DNA from: Candidatus Marinacidobacterales bacterium
GTDB lineage: Bacteria; Acidobacteriota; Vicinamibacteria; Marinacidobacterales; DATDRI01
Assembly (NCBI GenBank): GCA_965219415.1
Contig: OZ244742.1
Span: forward strand, 1,760,001-1,824,000
DNA length: 64,000 nucleotides
Direction of reading: 5' to 3'
A program made the position numbers and the translations under genes. Positions 20,928-30,657 of the stretch are shown here, piece after piece (position 1 is the stretch's first letter; the number at the start of each line of letters is the position of its first letter). The notes beneath the pieces are model-generated. The model was not told the origin of the DNA. It saw nothing but the letters and a program-made list of their open reading frames with translations, and did not search any database.

Positions 20928-22365
20928 GAATGTGTGCCACTCTTAGTTGAAATTTGAAACGGCTCCCTCTCGGGTGGTTTGATGACGTTGTCAAAAGCGA
21001 AATCAAGCCGCTCAAGAAAGGAGCCGATATGGGAAGTCTGCTACGAAAGGTCAAGGAAGGCAAGAAGACGCGTCGTCTAGGTGAAGTAGAGGTCATGGAG
21101 CAAGAGGGATACGGGGAGCTTGAGGTGGACTCGAAGGTCGAGATGATCCGCGCACTGGTGCCTCTCGGCCTGATGCAAGTTCACGAGTTGCTGGACGCCG
21201 AGGTCAGTGAGCTTGCGGGAGAGCGATACGTTCGGAAATCGGAGACGGTGCAGGGACGACGTCACGGGACGAATCCGGGCACGGTGAAACTCGCGGGTCA
21301 GCGAGTTCCGATCCGCGTTCCCCGTGTTCGCGGCCGCGACGGAGAGATCCCGTTGAGCTCGTACGAGAGTCTGAGTCACCGCGGAGAGGTGGACGAGTTG
21401 GTTCTACGAAGAGTGCTGTACGGGATCTCGTGCCGGAACTATGAGTCGGCGTCGGAATTGGTCCCGGGCGCGATCGGTCTGTCGAGTTCGTCGGTGTCGC
21501 GCGGCTTCGTCGAAGCAAGCGCAGCGAAGCTGCGTGAGATGCAGGAGCGTGATCTCTCGGGTGAGGACGTGGTGGCGATGGTCCTGGACGGCAAGACGTT
21601 CGCCGACGCGACGATGGTGGTGGCTCTCGGCATCACGTTATCCGGGGACAAACGCTTCCTCGGCTTCGTGGAGACAGACACTGAGAACGAGCGTGTTCTT
21701 AGGCCGTTCCTGCGTTCATTGGTCGAGCGGGGTCTCGATATCTCTGAAGGGCTGCTGGTGGTCATCGACGGCAGCAAGGGGCTGCGAGGAGCCGTGACCA
21801 AGGCCTTTCGCAGGCGGGTCGTCGTGGGCCGTTGCCAGTGGCACAAACGAGAGAATGTCGTGAGCTATTTGTCCAAGAGCGAGCAGTCGTTGTGGCGCAA
21901 GCGGCTGCAGCGCGCGTACGGCCGGCCGACGCACAAGGAGGCGCTTGAGGCCCTCGAGCAACTCCACCGCGAGCTGGAAGAGAGGAATCAGTCTGCGGCC
22001 TCTAGCCTCGAAGAGAGGCTGGAGGAGACCCTGACCTTGCATCGTCTTGGCGTGTACGGGGTGCTCGGTCACTCACTAAAGACGACGAACTGCATCGAGT
22101 CCGTCAATGCGCTTATCGAGGAACGTTGCGCGAAGGTCGATCACTGGAAGACTTCGAACCAACGCCAACGCTGGCTCGCGACCGCGCTCACCGACATCGA
22201 GCCGCGCCTCCGGAAGGTGATGGGCTACCGACACCTTCCAAAGCTGCGTGAAGCGCTCAAGCGTGAACTGAAGATCGAGACCGCGAAAAAGAATACGTCG
22301 AGGAAGAACGTTGCTTAAACGAACCGGGAGCCGTGGAAAATTTCAACTAAGAATGGGCTTGACTC
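20928..22365 (+). mobile_element. IS256-family insertion sequence, complete
   Basis: Inverted repeats sharing TCTTAGTTGAAATTT; 8-bp TSD CCACTTCG at 20920-20927 and 22366-22373. Confidence 0.9.
20954..22318 (+). CDS. IS256 (Mutator-type DDE) transposase; true start may be ATG 21028
   Basis: MVLDGKTF, VIDGSKGL, RCQWHKRENV, LKTTNCIES. Confidence 0.9.
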   Translation: MKRLPLGWFDDVVKSEIKPLKKGADMGSLLRKVKEGKKTRRLGEVEVMEQEGYGELEVDSKVEMIRALVPLGLMQVHELLDAEVSELAGERYVRKSETVQGRRHGTNPGTVKLAGQRVPIRVPRVRGRDGEIPLSSYESLSHRGEVDELVLRRVLYGISCRNYESASELVPGAIGLSSSSVSRGFVEASAAKLREMQERDLSGEDVVAMVLDGKTFADATMVVALGITLSGDKRFLGFVETDTENERVLRPFLRSLVERGLDISEGLLVVIDGSKGLRGAVTKAFRRRVVVGRCQWHKRENVVSYLSKSEQSLWRKRLQRAYGRPTHKEALEALEQLHRELEERNQSAASSLEERLEETLTLHRLGVYGVLGHSLKTTNCIESVNALIEERCAKVDHWKTSNQRQRWLATALTDIEPRLRKVMGYRHLPKLREALKRELKIETAKKNTSRKNVA

Positions 22366-24426
22366 CCACTTCGGAATCGAGAGCCAGAAGGCTCTCTTCC
22401 AGCGGCATCGACCTCCACAGATAGGTCCGAAGCTGCTGGTGGTAGTACGATATACGCCACGCATCGTTACTCGGCCTGTAGTACAGCTTGTTGGCAGCTG
22501 TCACCGCAGGATCGGTTTCTCGGATTCCCTCAAAAGCGGAGTTGGAGAACGCCTCGTCGGTGCCAGTGGCCCGAACCGCTGCGGTGGTGTTTCGTATCGC
22601 TAGAGCGGCCTGCTGCCGGTACGAGTCAACGAACATCCGTCCGTGGTCCGCTGGGGTCAACGCCCGCTTCGACTGGCCGGATTCGTCGACCACATCATTG
22701 ATGCCTGGAGGTCGGTATGGAACCCCCAACTTCTCACTGTGAGACGCTGCCCCTGCGGTGTACGCGGTGGTCGCCCATATCGCCCTGCCGCCGCGCTCGA
22801 CTCCAAGCTGTCCGGCCGCGGTCCACGAGTTGTCCAGTTGGGCCAGCGTTTGCTCAATGTCAAAGAACGGAAGGGAGATGTCCACTCCAGCCGTCCCAGC
22901 AGATCCGTTGGCAAAGTCGAGGTCTCCGTCCGCCTGGAAGTTGGAGTCCACCTTGTCCGTGGTGCTGATAGCGCCGAGGTAGTCGAACCCGACCGAAATT
23001 GTTGAAGGGTTCGCCAACACCTGCGCGATGGCCGTAATCGTTGGTGCATTCGCACCACCGTCCCTTGCCTTGACGGTTATCGTAAGACGTTTGTCCGATG
23101 TGCTTGCAGAAACCGATACCAGTGCCGTTTGCGATGAGCTTGTCGCTATACGAAGAGTCCAGTCGTTTCCGTTCTCTCCGATCTGCGCTGCACCCTTGTC
23201 GGTCATGCTGATTCGCAGACCATTGCCGTCGTCGTCGCCGGCGGTGTAAGCCAGATCGACATAGGCACCGTAGGGATACACCTTGTCCCATGGCTCGCCG
23301 CTGGCGTGGGGGTCGTAGTCGGCCCAGTTCGTACCGTCGTACTTCCGGTAGCGTCCGGTTGAAGTGTTGTAGTAGAACCTGCCATCGAACAAGTACCCGA
23401 TGGGGACAGCAGCATCGTTCGGCCAGAAAAATGCAAAGGTGGATGCGTAGTTGGGGTTGACGATCCGCTGATCGACGTTGCTCACGGGGATGGTCACATG
23501 CCGGTTGGTCAAGTTGAACCGCGTCACCGACCGCGTGGACCCCGCAATGTGAAGCACCTCGTTTTCGTATTCGACGCCGTCGATTACGTAGTGGTCGCCG
23601 TCGACCAAGCCCGAGGGTGCCGCATCCGCTGATCTCAGAATCTTCGCAGCATCCGCAGTGAGTTCCGCAATCGCATCACCGGCAATCGTAACGTCAATGG
23701 TGTACCGGCGGATCGTCAGCGTGAAGGATTCGGTGTGCGACCTTCCAAGCCTCGCCCATATCTTGTTCGCCTCGTCCGACTTTCGGACGAGCAAGGTGTC
23801 GTGCCCGAAGGCGTTGGAGTCCCCATCCTGGATTTTGAAGGGTATGGCCCCGTTGAAGTTTGACGGCGCAGCACTCGCCGCCGTGGTCAGGTCGATGATG
23901 TCCTTGGACGGGACCATCGCATAGCCACCCGCGCCCGCGCCAGCTTCCGAAATACGTAAGGCATAGGGGTATCCCCCCACAATTTCTTCGGTCAGCGTGT
24001 ACTCGCCCCACGAGTTGTCAATCGCTCCCTCATCAAGGATGACCGTCGGGTCGGACAGTTTGGCGGTGGCTTCAATATCCTCGACATACTGCTTGATCAG
24101 TTCTTCGCTGCTGCCTTCTGGAACGTGCCTGATGCGAAGCAGCATATCGCCGTCGGTGAAGGTCGTTCCGCCACCGTCACGAACGGCAATCAGCAATTCC
24201 CTGGTAGTGACGATGGTGGCAAAGGTCACGTTCCTGGCCCAACTACGTTGCCAGTCCGCCATCACAATTCCAAGGGAGTTTGCTCCTGTGCTTGTCGGCA
24301 CTGTTCCAGCCGTGGAGTTACGGGCAACAAGCGTCGCGCAGTCCAATCTTCCGTAGAGAGAGGGCCGAGATTCGTCGAGCCGGGCGATGGCCCGTTCTCT
24401 AGTCGAAACGGGCGCTAACGCTTGCG

Positions 24427-25635
24427 CTACTGATTGTCGAGGTCGGATTGTCTTGTTTGGACGTTGGTGACGAGCGAAACGGTAACACCAGGCTCCCGCT
24501 GCACTGAATAAATCGCCTGAGCCAGCTTCGCCCCACGCCTTCGCAAGGATATCCCTTGGACCTCGGTAACCACGAAGTCGAAGGTGGTTCGCGTCATGCT
24601 CCCAGTGGATATATCGTTGTCGTAAGTCGCCGTGCCCGTGCCATCTGCGTTCACGGCATACCAGCCGACGCTATTGAACACGATGAGCCGTCGCCCGCCT
24701 ATTCCGTCCGGAGCGTTCACCGTCACCCGGCGAGTCGTTCTCCCGTCGCCGTCGTAGATGACTATTCCGAGCCCAACTGAGACATGGTCGTCACCGATCG
24801 ACTGCCACGATCCCACCGGCCGCGATCCTGGTCGGACAGGAGCCGTAGAGAACCATCCCGGGGGGTCGACTCGACCCGGCAGTCGCGCCGCCTGGAGAAG
24901 CATGAGCGCGAGTAGCGCCCGCACCTTGGGTAGCTTCGTCGCCGGCCGACTCGCAACGAGAGAACACAAGCGCATCGCTTCTCCTACGAGATCGTAGCGT
25001 ATGAGGTTTTCCCCCTGATGGGCACTGTAGCCCTCGTTGAACATCAAGTAGAGAACCTTGAGAACGGAGTCCAATCGCTCCGGGATGTCTTCCGGGGCGG
25101 GAATGCCAAACGGCACGTCCTCCTCGCGAAGCTTCCGTTTCGCGCGAACGATCCTTTGGGCCACCGTCGGCTTCTCACTCAGAAACGCGCGAGCGATCTC
25201 GGACACACCGAAACCGCCGACGGTCTTGAGAGTCAAGGCCAAGCGTCCCTCGGGGAGGATTACGGGATGGCAACAGGCGAACATCATCTTGAGTTGGTCG
25301 TCTGCGAGCTCATTCTCAAAACCAGGCCCCGACCCGTGTTCCTTACCATGGACCTGGTTGAGCCACTTCTCGATCTCGGGCTCCTTGTCTCGAAAAGACG
25401 ATCCACGCCGGAGCACGTCGATGGCCTGATTCTTCGCCACTTGAACGAGCCAGGCGCTGGGGTTCTCGGGAACGCCGGAGAAGGGCCATTGTCGCAGCGC
25501 CTTGAGGAGCGCTTCCTGAACCACATCCTCGGCCAGATCCAAGTTAGAAGGCCCTAGGATCCTCGTGAGTGTCGAAACCATCGCCCCGGCTCGATGCCGG
25601 AACAGGTGATCGACGAGCTCCTGGACGTCGGACAT
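24427..25635 (-). pseudogene. ECF sigma factor (YciI-associated type) truncated and fused in frame to an unrelated C-terminal fragment
   Basis: AEDVVQEAL, LKMMFACCHP, ALTLKTVGG, YLMFNEGY; homology stops at ARLPGRVD (about 24860) and the expected C-terminal extension is absent. Confidence 0.78.
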
Positions 25636-25789
25636 TGGATGGCTTCGTGCTCGCTCCCGCTCGTACTAACGAAGTGGATACCACCTCTTCTACCTCTCCC
25701 CCGACCATGGGGGAGCGGTCGCCCGCCCGTGATGGACGCCAAAACAGCGTGTAGCTATCATCAACGTGGCCAGGCGTCGGGTGAGGGGG

Positions 25790-26143
25790 CTAATGTTCCA
25801 GAGGATCATGCTCCCTAAGAGTGACCCAGCCGTAGGTTAGATGCGGGCAATCCTCCGCCAACTTCACCGCTTGATCGTAATTCTCAGCCTCGATGACGAA
25901 GTAACCGGCGATCACTTCTTTGGTCTCGCTATAGGGCCCATCGGTCACTAGGACGCTCGAACCTTCCTTGCGAAGCGCCCGCCCACCCTCGTCGCGCAAC
26001 TTGGCGTGCTCATGCATCTTGCCTTGAGTGAGCATCTTTTCGACCCAGGCGATGTACTTCTGAATAACCTTCTGGTTCTCCTCGGGTGAGTAGCCGTCGA
26101 AGGCTCCCGGCGTTTCATGTAAGAGCATCAAGTACTTGGCCAT
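25790..26143 (-). CDS. YciI/DGPF-family protein
   Basis: KYLMLL..VTDGPYSETKEVIAGYFVIEA..A..CP. Confidence 0.85.
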   Translation of the reverse strand: MAKYLMLLHETPGAFDGYSPEENQKVIQKYIAWVEKMLTQGKMHEHAKLRDEGGRALRKEGSSVLVTDGPYSETKEVIAGYFVIEAENYDQAVKLAEDCPHLTYGWVTLREHDPLEH

Positions 26144-26252
26144 AATCGACTCCTTTCAGTCTCGTGGTTCTCACCCTATAGACGATCGGCATTGCCCCGA
26201 ATCGACACGAGTACCGAATAATCGGAGAAGAGAAACCGGTCTCTCGGCTTTC

Positions 26253-27671
26253 CTAGGAGTCTTTCTTACCGCCGACCATGTTCTCGGGTCGGACCCACTC
26301 GTCGAACTGCTCCGCAGTCACCGCGCCCAGCTCGAGAGCCGCCTCGCGAAGGGTCGTTCCCTTCTCGTGAGCCAGCTTGGCGATCTTGGCGGCGTTGTCG
26401 TAGCCGATGTGGGAGTTTAGAGCCGTGACCAGCATGAGAGAGTTCTGGACATTGTGCTGAATCTTCTCTTTGTTGGCTTCGATGCCGACGGCGCAGTTGT
26501 TCCGAAAGCTGTCGCACCCATCGGCGATCAATCGCGCACTCTGGAGGAAGTTGTAGGCGATCAGCGGTTTGAAGACGTTGAGCTCGAAGTTTCCGGAGGC
26601 GCCGCCGATATTCACCGCGACGTCGTTGCCCATTACTTGGGCGGCCAGCATGGTCACCGCCTCGGACTGAGTGGGATTCACTTTGCCTGGCATGATCGAG
26701 CTGCCTGGTTCGTTCGCAGGAATCGTGATCTCCCCGATGCCGCTCCGTGGGCCGCAGGCCAGCCAACGGACGTCGTTGGCGATCCTGGTGAGAGACGCCG
26801 CGACTGTCTTCAAGGCGCCGTGGCCATGCACCATTGCGTCATGGGCGGCCAGAGATTCGAATTTATTGGGAGCGGTAACGAATGGGTGTCCGCTCAGCTC
26901 TGCGATCTTTTTGGCCGAACGGACCGCGAACTCGGGATGGGCGTTGATACCCGTTCCCACCGCCGTACCGCCGAGAGCAAGCTCGTAGAGATGTGGCAGG
27001 GCACCCTCGAGGTGCTGGACTCCGTGATCGAGCTGACTGACATAGCCGGAGAACTCCTGCCCGAGCGTGAGCGGCGTCGCGTCCTGCAAGTGGGTGCGTC
27101 CAATTTTGACGATGTCGCGGAAGGCCTCCGACTTCTCGGCGAGCGCATCGCGAAGTGCGGCGACGGCGGGAGTGACCCGGGAACGTAGCGCCTCGACCGC
27201 CGCGACATGCATCGCGGTTGGGTAGACATCGTTCGAGGATTGGCATTTGTTCACGTCGTCGTTCGGGTGCACCAGGCGGTCCGGCCCGCGTTCCCCACCG
27301 AGAATCTCGCTGGCGCGGTTGGCGAGCACTTCGTTGGCGTTCATGTTGCTTTGGGTGCCGCTTCCGGTCTGCCAAACGACGAGAGGAAACTCCTCATCGT
27401 GCTTGCCATCGAGGACCTCGGCGGCGGCGGCCACGATGGCCTTGACTTTCTTGGCGTCGAGGAGACCGAGTTCCGCATTCACTAGGGCCGCAGCCTTTTT
27501 CACCAGGATCAACGCACGGATGATCTCCCGAGGCATGGTCTCGGTCGAGATCTCAAAATTCTGCAGCGAGCGCTGCGTTTGTGCCCCCCAGAGCCGATCG
27601 GCCGGGACCTCGATAGGACCAATGGTATCTCGCTCGGTTCGAGTCTTACCGGCAGTCGTTTTGGTCGTCAT
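26253..27671 (-). CDS. fumC: Fumarate hydratase class II
   Basis: [48 protein letters not shown]. Confidence 0.96.
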   Translation of the reverse strand: MTTKTTAGKTRTERDTIGPIEVPADRLWGAQTQRSLQNFEISTETMPREIIRALILVKKAAALVNAELGLLDAKKVKAIVAAAAEVLDGKHDEEFPLVVWQTGSGTQSNMNANEVLANRASEILGGERGPDRLVHPNDDVNKCQSSNDVYPTAMHVAAVEALRSRVTPAVAALRDALAEKSEAFRDIVKIGRTHLQDATPLTLGQEFSGYVSQLDHGVQHLEGALPHLYELALGGTAVGTGINAHPEFAVRSAKKIAELSGHPFVTAPNKFESLAAHDAMVHGHGALKTVAASLTRIANDVRWLACGPRSGIGEITIPANEPGSSIMPGKVNPTQSEAVTMLAAQVMGNDVAVNIGGASGNFELNVFKPLIAYNFLQSARLIADGCDSFRNNCAVGIEANKEKIQHNVQNSLMLVTALNSHIGYDNAAKIAKLAHEKGTTLREAALELGAVTAEQFDEWVRPENMVGGKKDS

Positions 27672-27772
27672 TCTCTCTCCCACTTTCTACCAGCCGAGCT
27701 GGCCCAATACAATTATACGCCACCCGAGTGAGTGAGACGCGGGCGGATGCTATAATTTCACCGAGGGCTTCC

Positions 27773-28234
27773 ATGAGCGAAGACATTTCGTCCGAGCTTG
27801 ATCCAGATTCCATACCGTCGCGTCCAACGTTCATTTACCGAAGCTTCGTCCATTCCGACGACCTCGACTCTTTGAAATTTCTCAACGGCCAGCGATTCAT
27901 CGTCCATGTCGAATGAGCCATCACCGCCTTCTACCGGAGCCTCGGCGTCCCCTGGGATGTCGAGGTGGAAGAAAACCCCGATCAGTGCCAGCACGTGCGG
28001 GAGATCCAGACAACGTTTGCCACTCCGTTTCAGGGCACGGGTGATTTGATCATTCACATCTGGGTAGAGCGGCTGGGCGAGTCGAGCTGCGTGTATGGCT
28101 TTGTCTGCACGAGCCCGGAAGGGCAAAGGGTCCACGCACGGGGAACGAAAACCGTGGTCAAGTTGGATCCGGCAACTATGGAGCCGACACCATGGTCAGA
28201 ACCCTTCAACCGTGGGCACCTCCCACTCCTATGA
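27773..28234 (+). pseudogene. Acyl-CoA thioesterase (4HBT-like) with an in-frame TGA at 27914
   Basis: VHSDDLDSL..VE*AITAFY..WVERLGESSCVYGF; both ORF parts are in one frame. Confidence 0.65.
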
Positions 28235-28876
28235 ACAGGTTCTCTCCCAGGGTTTTTCCGCGATCCACTCCGACACCGCAGTCTCCAACGGATCGAGCTT
28301 TCCGGTGAAGAAATGATCGCTGCCGGGAACGACCTTCACCGCAAGAGGCTCGGGGAGTTGCTCCGCGAGTGCGTTAATCTTCTCACCGCTTCCCGAACTC
28401 GTCGTCTTCGCCTTGGACGAAGAGTCGGGGCTTTCCGCTGCCGTTCAGAAACGGAGTATCCGAGACCCGATCGATCGGGAAGCCGAGAGCAAATATCGCT
28501 CGCACTCGTGGATCGTCGGCGCCGACCTTGAGCGCCATAAGCGACCCGAAAGAGTAGCCTCCTAGGACCAAAGGAAGTCCCGGGTACAACCTCTCCAGCT
28601 CATCGAGGGCCGCGCGGACGTCTTCCTGCTCTCCCCTCCCGTTATCATGAACACCTTCGCTCGCCCCCACACCCCGAAAGTTGAAGCGAAGCGCCGGCAG
28701 ACCTTGTGTCAAAAGCGCCCGGGCCGCTCGGAACATGACCTTGTAGTGCATGATGCCGCCGTGGAGCGGGTGGGCGTGGCAGACCAATCCCGCCGCGATG
28801 GGATCATCGTCGGGGGTCATGATGACCGCTTCGAGCCGGCCGGGCCTGAGATCGTAATCGAACGTGTTTTCGACAT
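28229..28876 (-). pseudogene. Alpha/beta hydrolase, frameshifted
   Basis: CHAHPLHGG, LRFNFRGVGASEG, GYSFG, QGEDDEFG; DHFF lies in a shifted frame. Confidence 0.8.
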
Positions 28877-28960
28877 TGCTGAGATTATGCCGATCGTACC
28901 CGGGAGGATCAATCCAACTCGTTGGCTGGCCGGCACTTTTTGCGCTAGAGTCCGCCTATT

Positions 28961-29659
28961 GTGGTCCTGAAAATCGCCCCACATTCTCCGAAGGATTTCT
29001 CCCTTTTGGCCCCTCTAACGGGTGAGGAAGCGATCGGGTGTGAATTGACTGATCCTGGCACATGTGACCGTGCTCTCGTGGCACGCATGTTGGCGGGCGA
29101 GGAAGCCGCCTTCGAGGAGTTTTTCAAGACCAACTTCCCACGCCTGTACCGGTTCGCCCTGGTCCGCTTGGGCTACGACGAAGATACGGCGGAGGAAGTC
29201 GTGCAAGCAACCTTGTGCAAAGCGATCGGGAAGCTCGATACCTATCGCGGGGAGGCGGCGCTTTTTACCTGGCTTTGCACGTTTTGCCGTCACGAGATGA
29301 GCGCCCACTTCAAAAAATTGAAGCGCTCACCAAGCGTCATCGGTTTAGTAGAAGACTCGCCCGAGGTGCTCTCGGTGCTGGAGTCTCTCGCTCAGACCCT
29401 GGATGACCCCGAGGAGTCCCTGCATCGAAGCGAGATCTCTCGCCTCGTGCAAGTCACTCTCGACTATCTCCCTCCCAAGTACGGCGACGCTCTGGAATGG
29501 AAGTACATTCAAGGCCTCAACGTCAAAGAGATTGCGGCGCGATTGAACATCGGGCCCAAGGCAGCGGAGTCGCTCCTGACGCGAGCGAGGGAGGCCTTTC
29601 GGGATGGTTTCGAATCCTTGATGCGGGGAGCCAATAAGCGGGAATGGATGACACCATGA
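28961..29659 (+). CDS. ECF RNA polymerase sigma factor
   Basis: AEEVVQAT..YRGEAALFTWL (region 2); LP..Y..AL..EIAARL (region 4). Confidence 0.88.
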   Translation: MVLKIAPHSPKDFSLLAPLTGEEAIGCELTDPGTCDRALVARMLAGEEAAFEEFFKTNFPRLYRFALVRLGYDEDTAEEVVQATLCKAIGKLDTYRGEAALFTWLCTFCRHEMSAHFKKLKRSPSVIGLVEDSPEVLSVLESLAQTLDDPEESLHRSEISRLVQVTLDYLPPKYGDALEWKYIQGLNVKEIAARLNIGPKAAESLLTRAREAFRDGFESLMRGANKREWMTP

Positions 29660-30657
29660 GTGGCGAGGAGCGAAGAGAGCGAGAGGACGCGGTCGCCCGC
29701 CTCTTGCAATCTGCCGCACCGCGTCCCGCTGTGCCGGCGGAAAGGGCGGTACGCGTGCGAGCCGCGGTCCGCGAAAGATGGACCCAGAAGGTGTTGTGGC
29801 GACGACGACGCAAAGGAGCACTGTGGGGATTGACGGTGCTGGCGACGGCTGCGACCGTTCTTCTAGGTTTGCGCATCGACTATTGGAGCCCGGCGGACGT
29901 CGTTATGAGTCCGCCCGCCGGAATCGTGGAGTCCATGAGCGGCACCGTTCGACGCGTCGAGTCTGGCGCTCGAACCCGTGTGGAAGTCGGCGACACGATT
30001 CCTCCCGGTTCTTGGCTGGAGACAGAGGGGCGCGGCCGAGTGTCCGTTCGTCTCGATTCTGGAGTCTCGCTGCGCATGGACGTTGAAACTCGTCTCAGCC
30101 TCGATTCCCCTTCCGTAGTTCGCTTGGATCGAGGGGCCGTCTATGTGGACACTGGCGTGGGCCATGAGGGTGGGCGCGCCCTTGAGGTTCGCACCGAGCT
30201 GGGTGTGGCTCGGGACATCGGAACGCAATTCGAGTTACGCCTTCGAAACGAAGACATCTCGGTGCGCGTCCGGGAAGGGATGGTCCAACTCTCTCGCGAG
30301 GGCAAGACCCATGACGCTCCCGCCGGGAATGAAGTAAAGGTGAACGCAAGCGGCACGATCGAGCGCCGCGCCTTACTACCACACGGAAAAGAATGGGACT
30401 GGATCGCGGACCTCGCCCCTCCTTTCACCTTGGACGGCGCTTCACTCGAAGAATTCCTCGGCTGGGTCACGAGAGAGCACGGTTTCCGCCTGCGCTTCGA
30501 CGACCAGACGTTAGCCGATGCTGCCTCTACCATTCTTCTGGAAGGACCGGCGCTTCACATGACGCCAGAAAGGGCGCTGCGAACCGTGCTTCCCACCTGT
30601 GGGCTGAGCCATCGCATTGAGGACGGCACGCTGTGGATTCAGGATTCCGAGCGTTGA
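29644..30657 (+). CDS. FecR-family anti-sigma factor
   Basis: Single TM; LDRGAVYVD, VRTELGVARDIGTQFELR, VRVREG. Confidence 0.82.
   Translation: MDDTMSGEERREREDAVARLLQSAAPRPAVPAERAVRVRAAVRERWTQKVLWRRRRKGALWGLTVLATAATVLLGLRIDYWSPADVVMSPPAGIVESMSGTVRRVESGARTRVEVGDTIPPGSWLETEGRGRVSVRLDSGVSLRMDVETRLSLDSPSVVRLDRGAVYVDTGVGHEGGRALEVRTELGVARDIGTQFELRLRNEDISVRVREGMVQLSREGKTHDAPAGNEVKVNASGTIERRALLPHGKEWDWIADLAPPFTLDGASLEEFLGWVTREHGFRLRFDDQTLADAASTILLEGPALHMTPERALRTVLPTCGLSHRIEDGTLWIQDSER

Larger units (their letters stand above)
20820..24346 (-). pseudogene. Large phage tail/virion-like protein fragment interrupted by IS256
   Basis: 667-aa Ala/Thr/Gly/Asp-rich ORF with FYYNTSTGRYRKYDGTNW; removing the IS and one TSD rejoins LLALDSEV to AWWVGPSDD. 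Confidence 0.5.

Noticed and set aside
27914-27916. Selenocysteine recoding
   Set aside because: The position corresponds to Arg in typical thioesterases and no SECIS-like hairpin is evident
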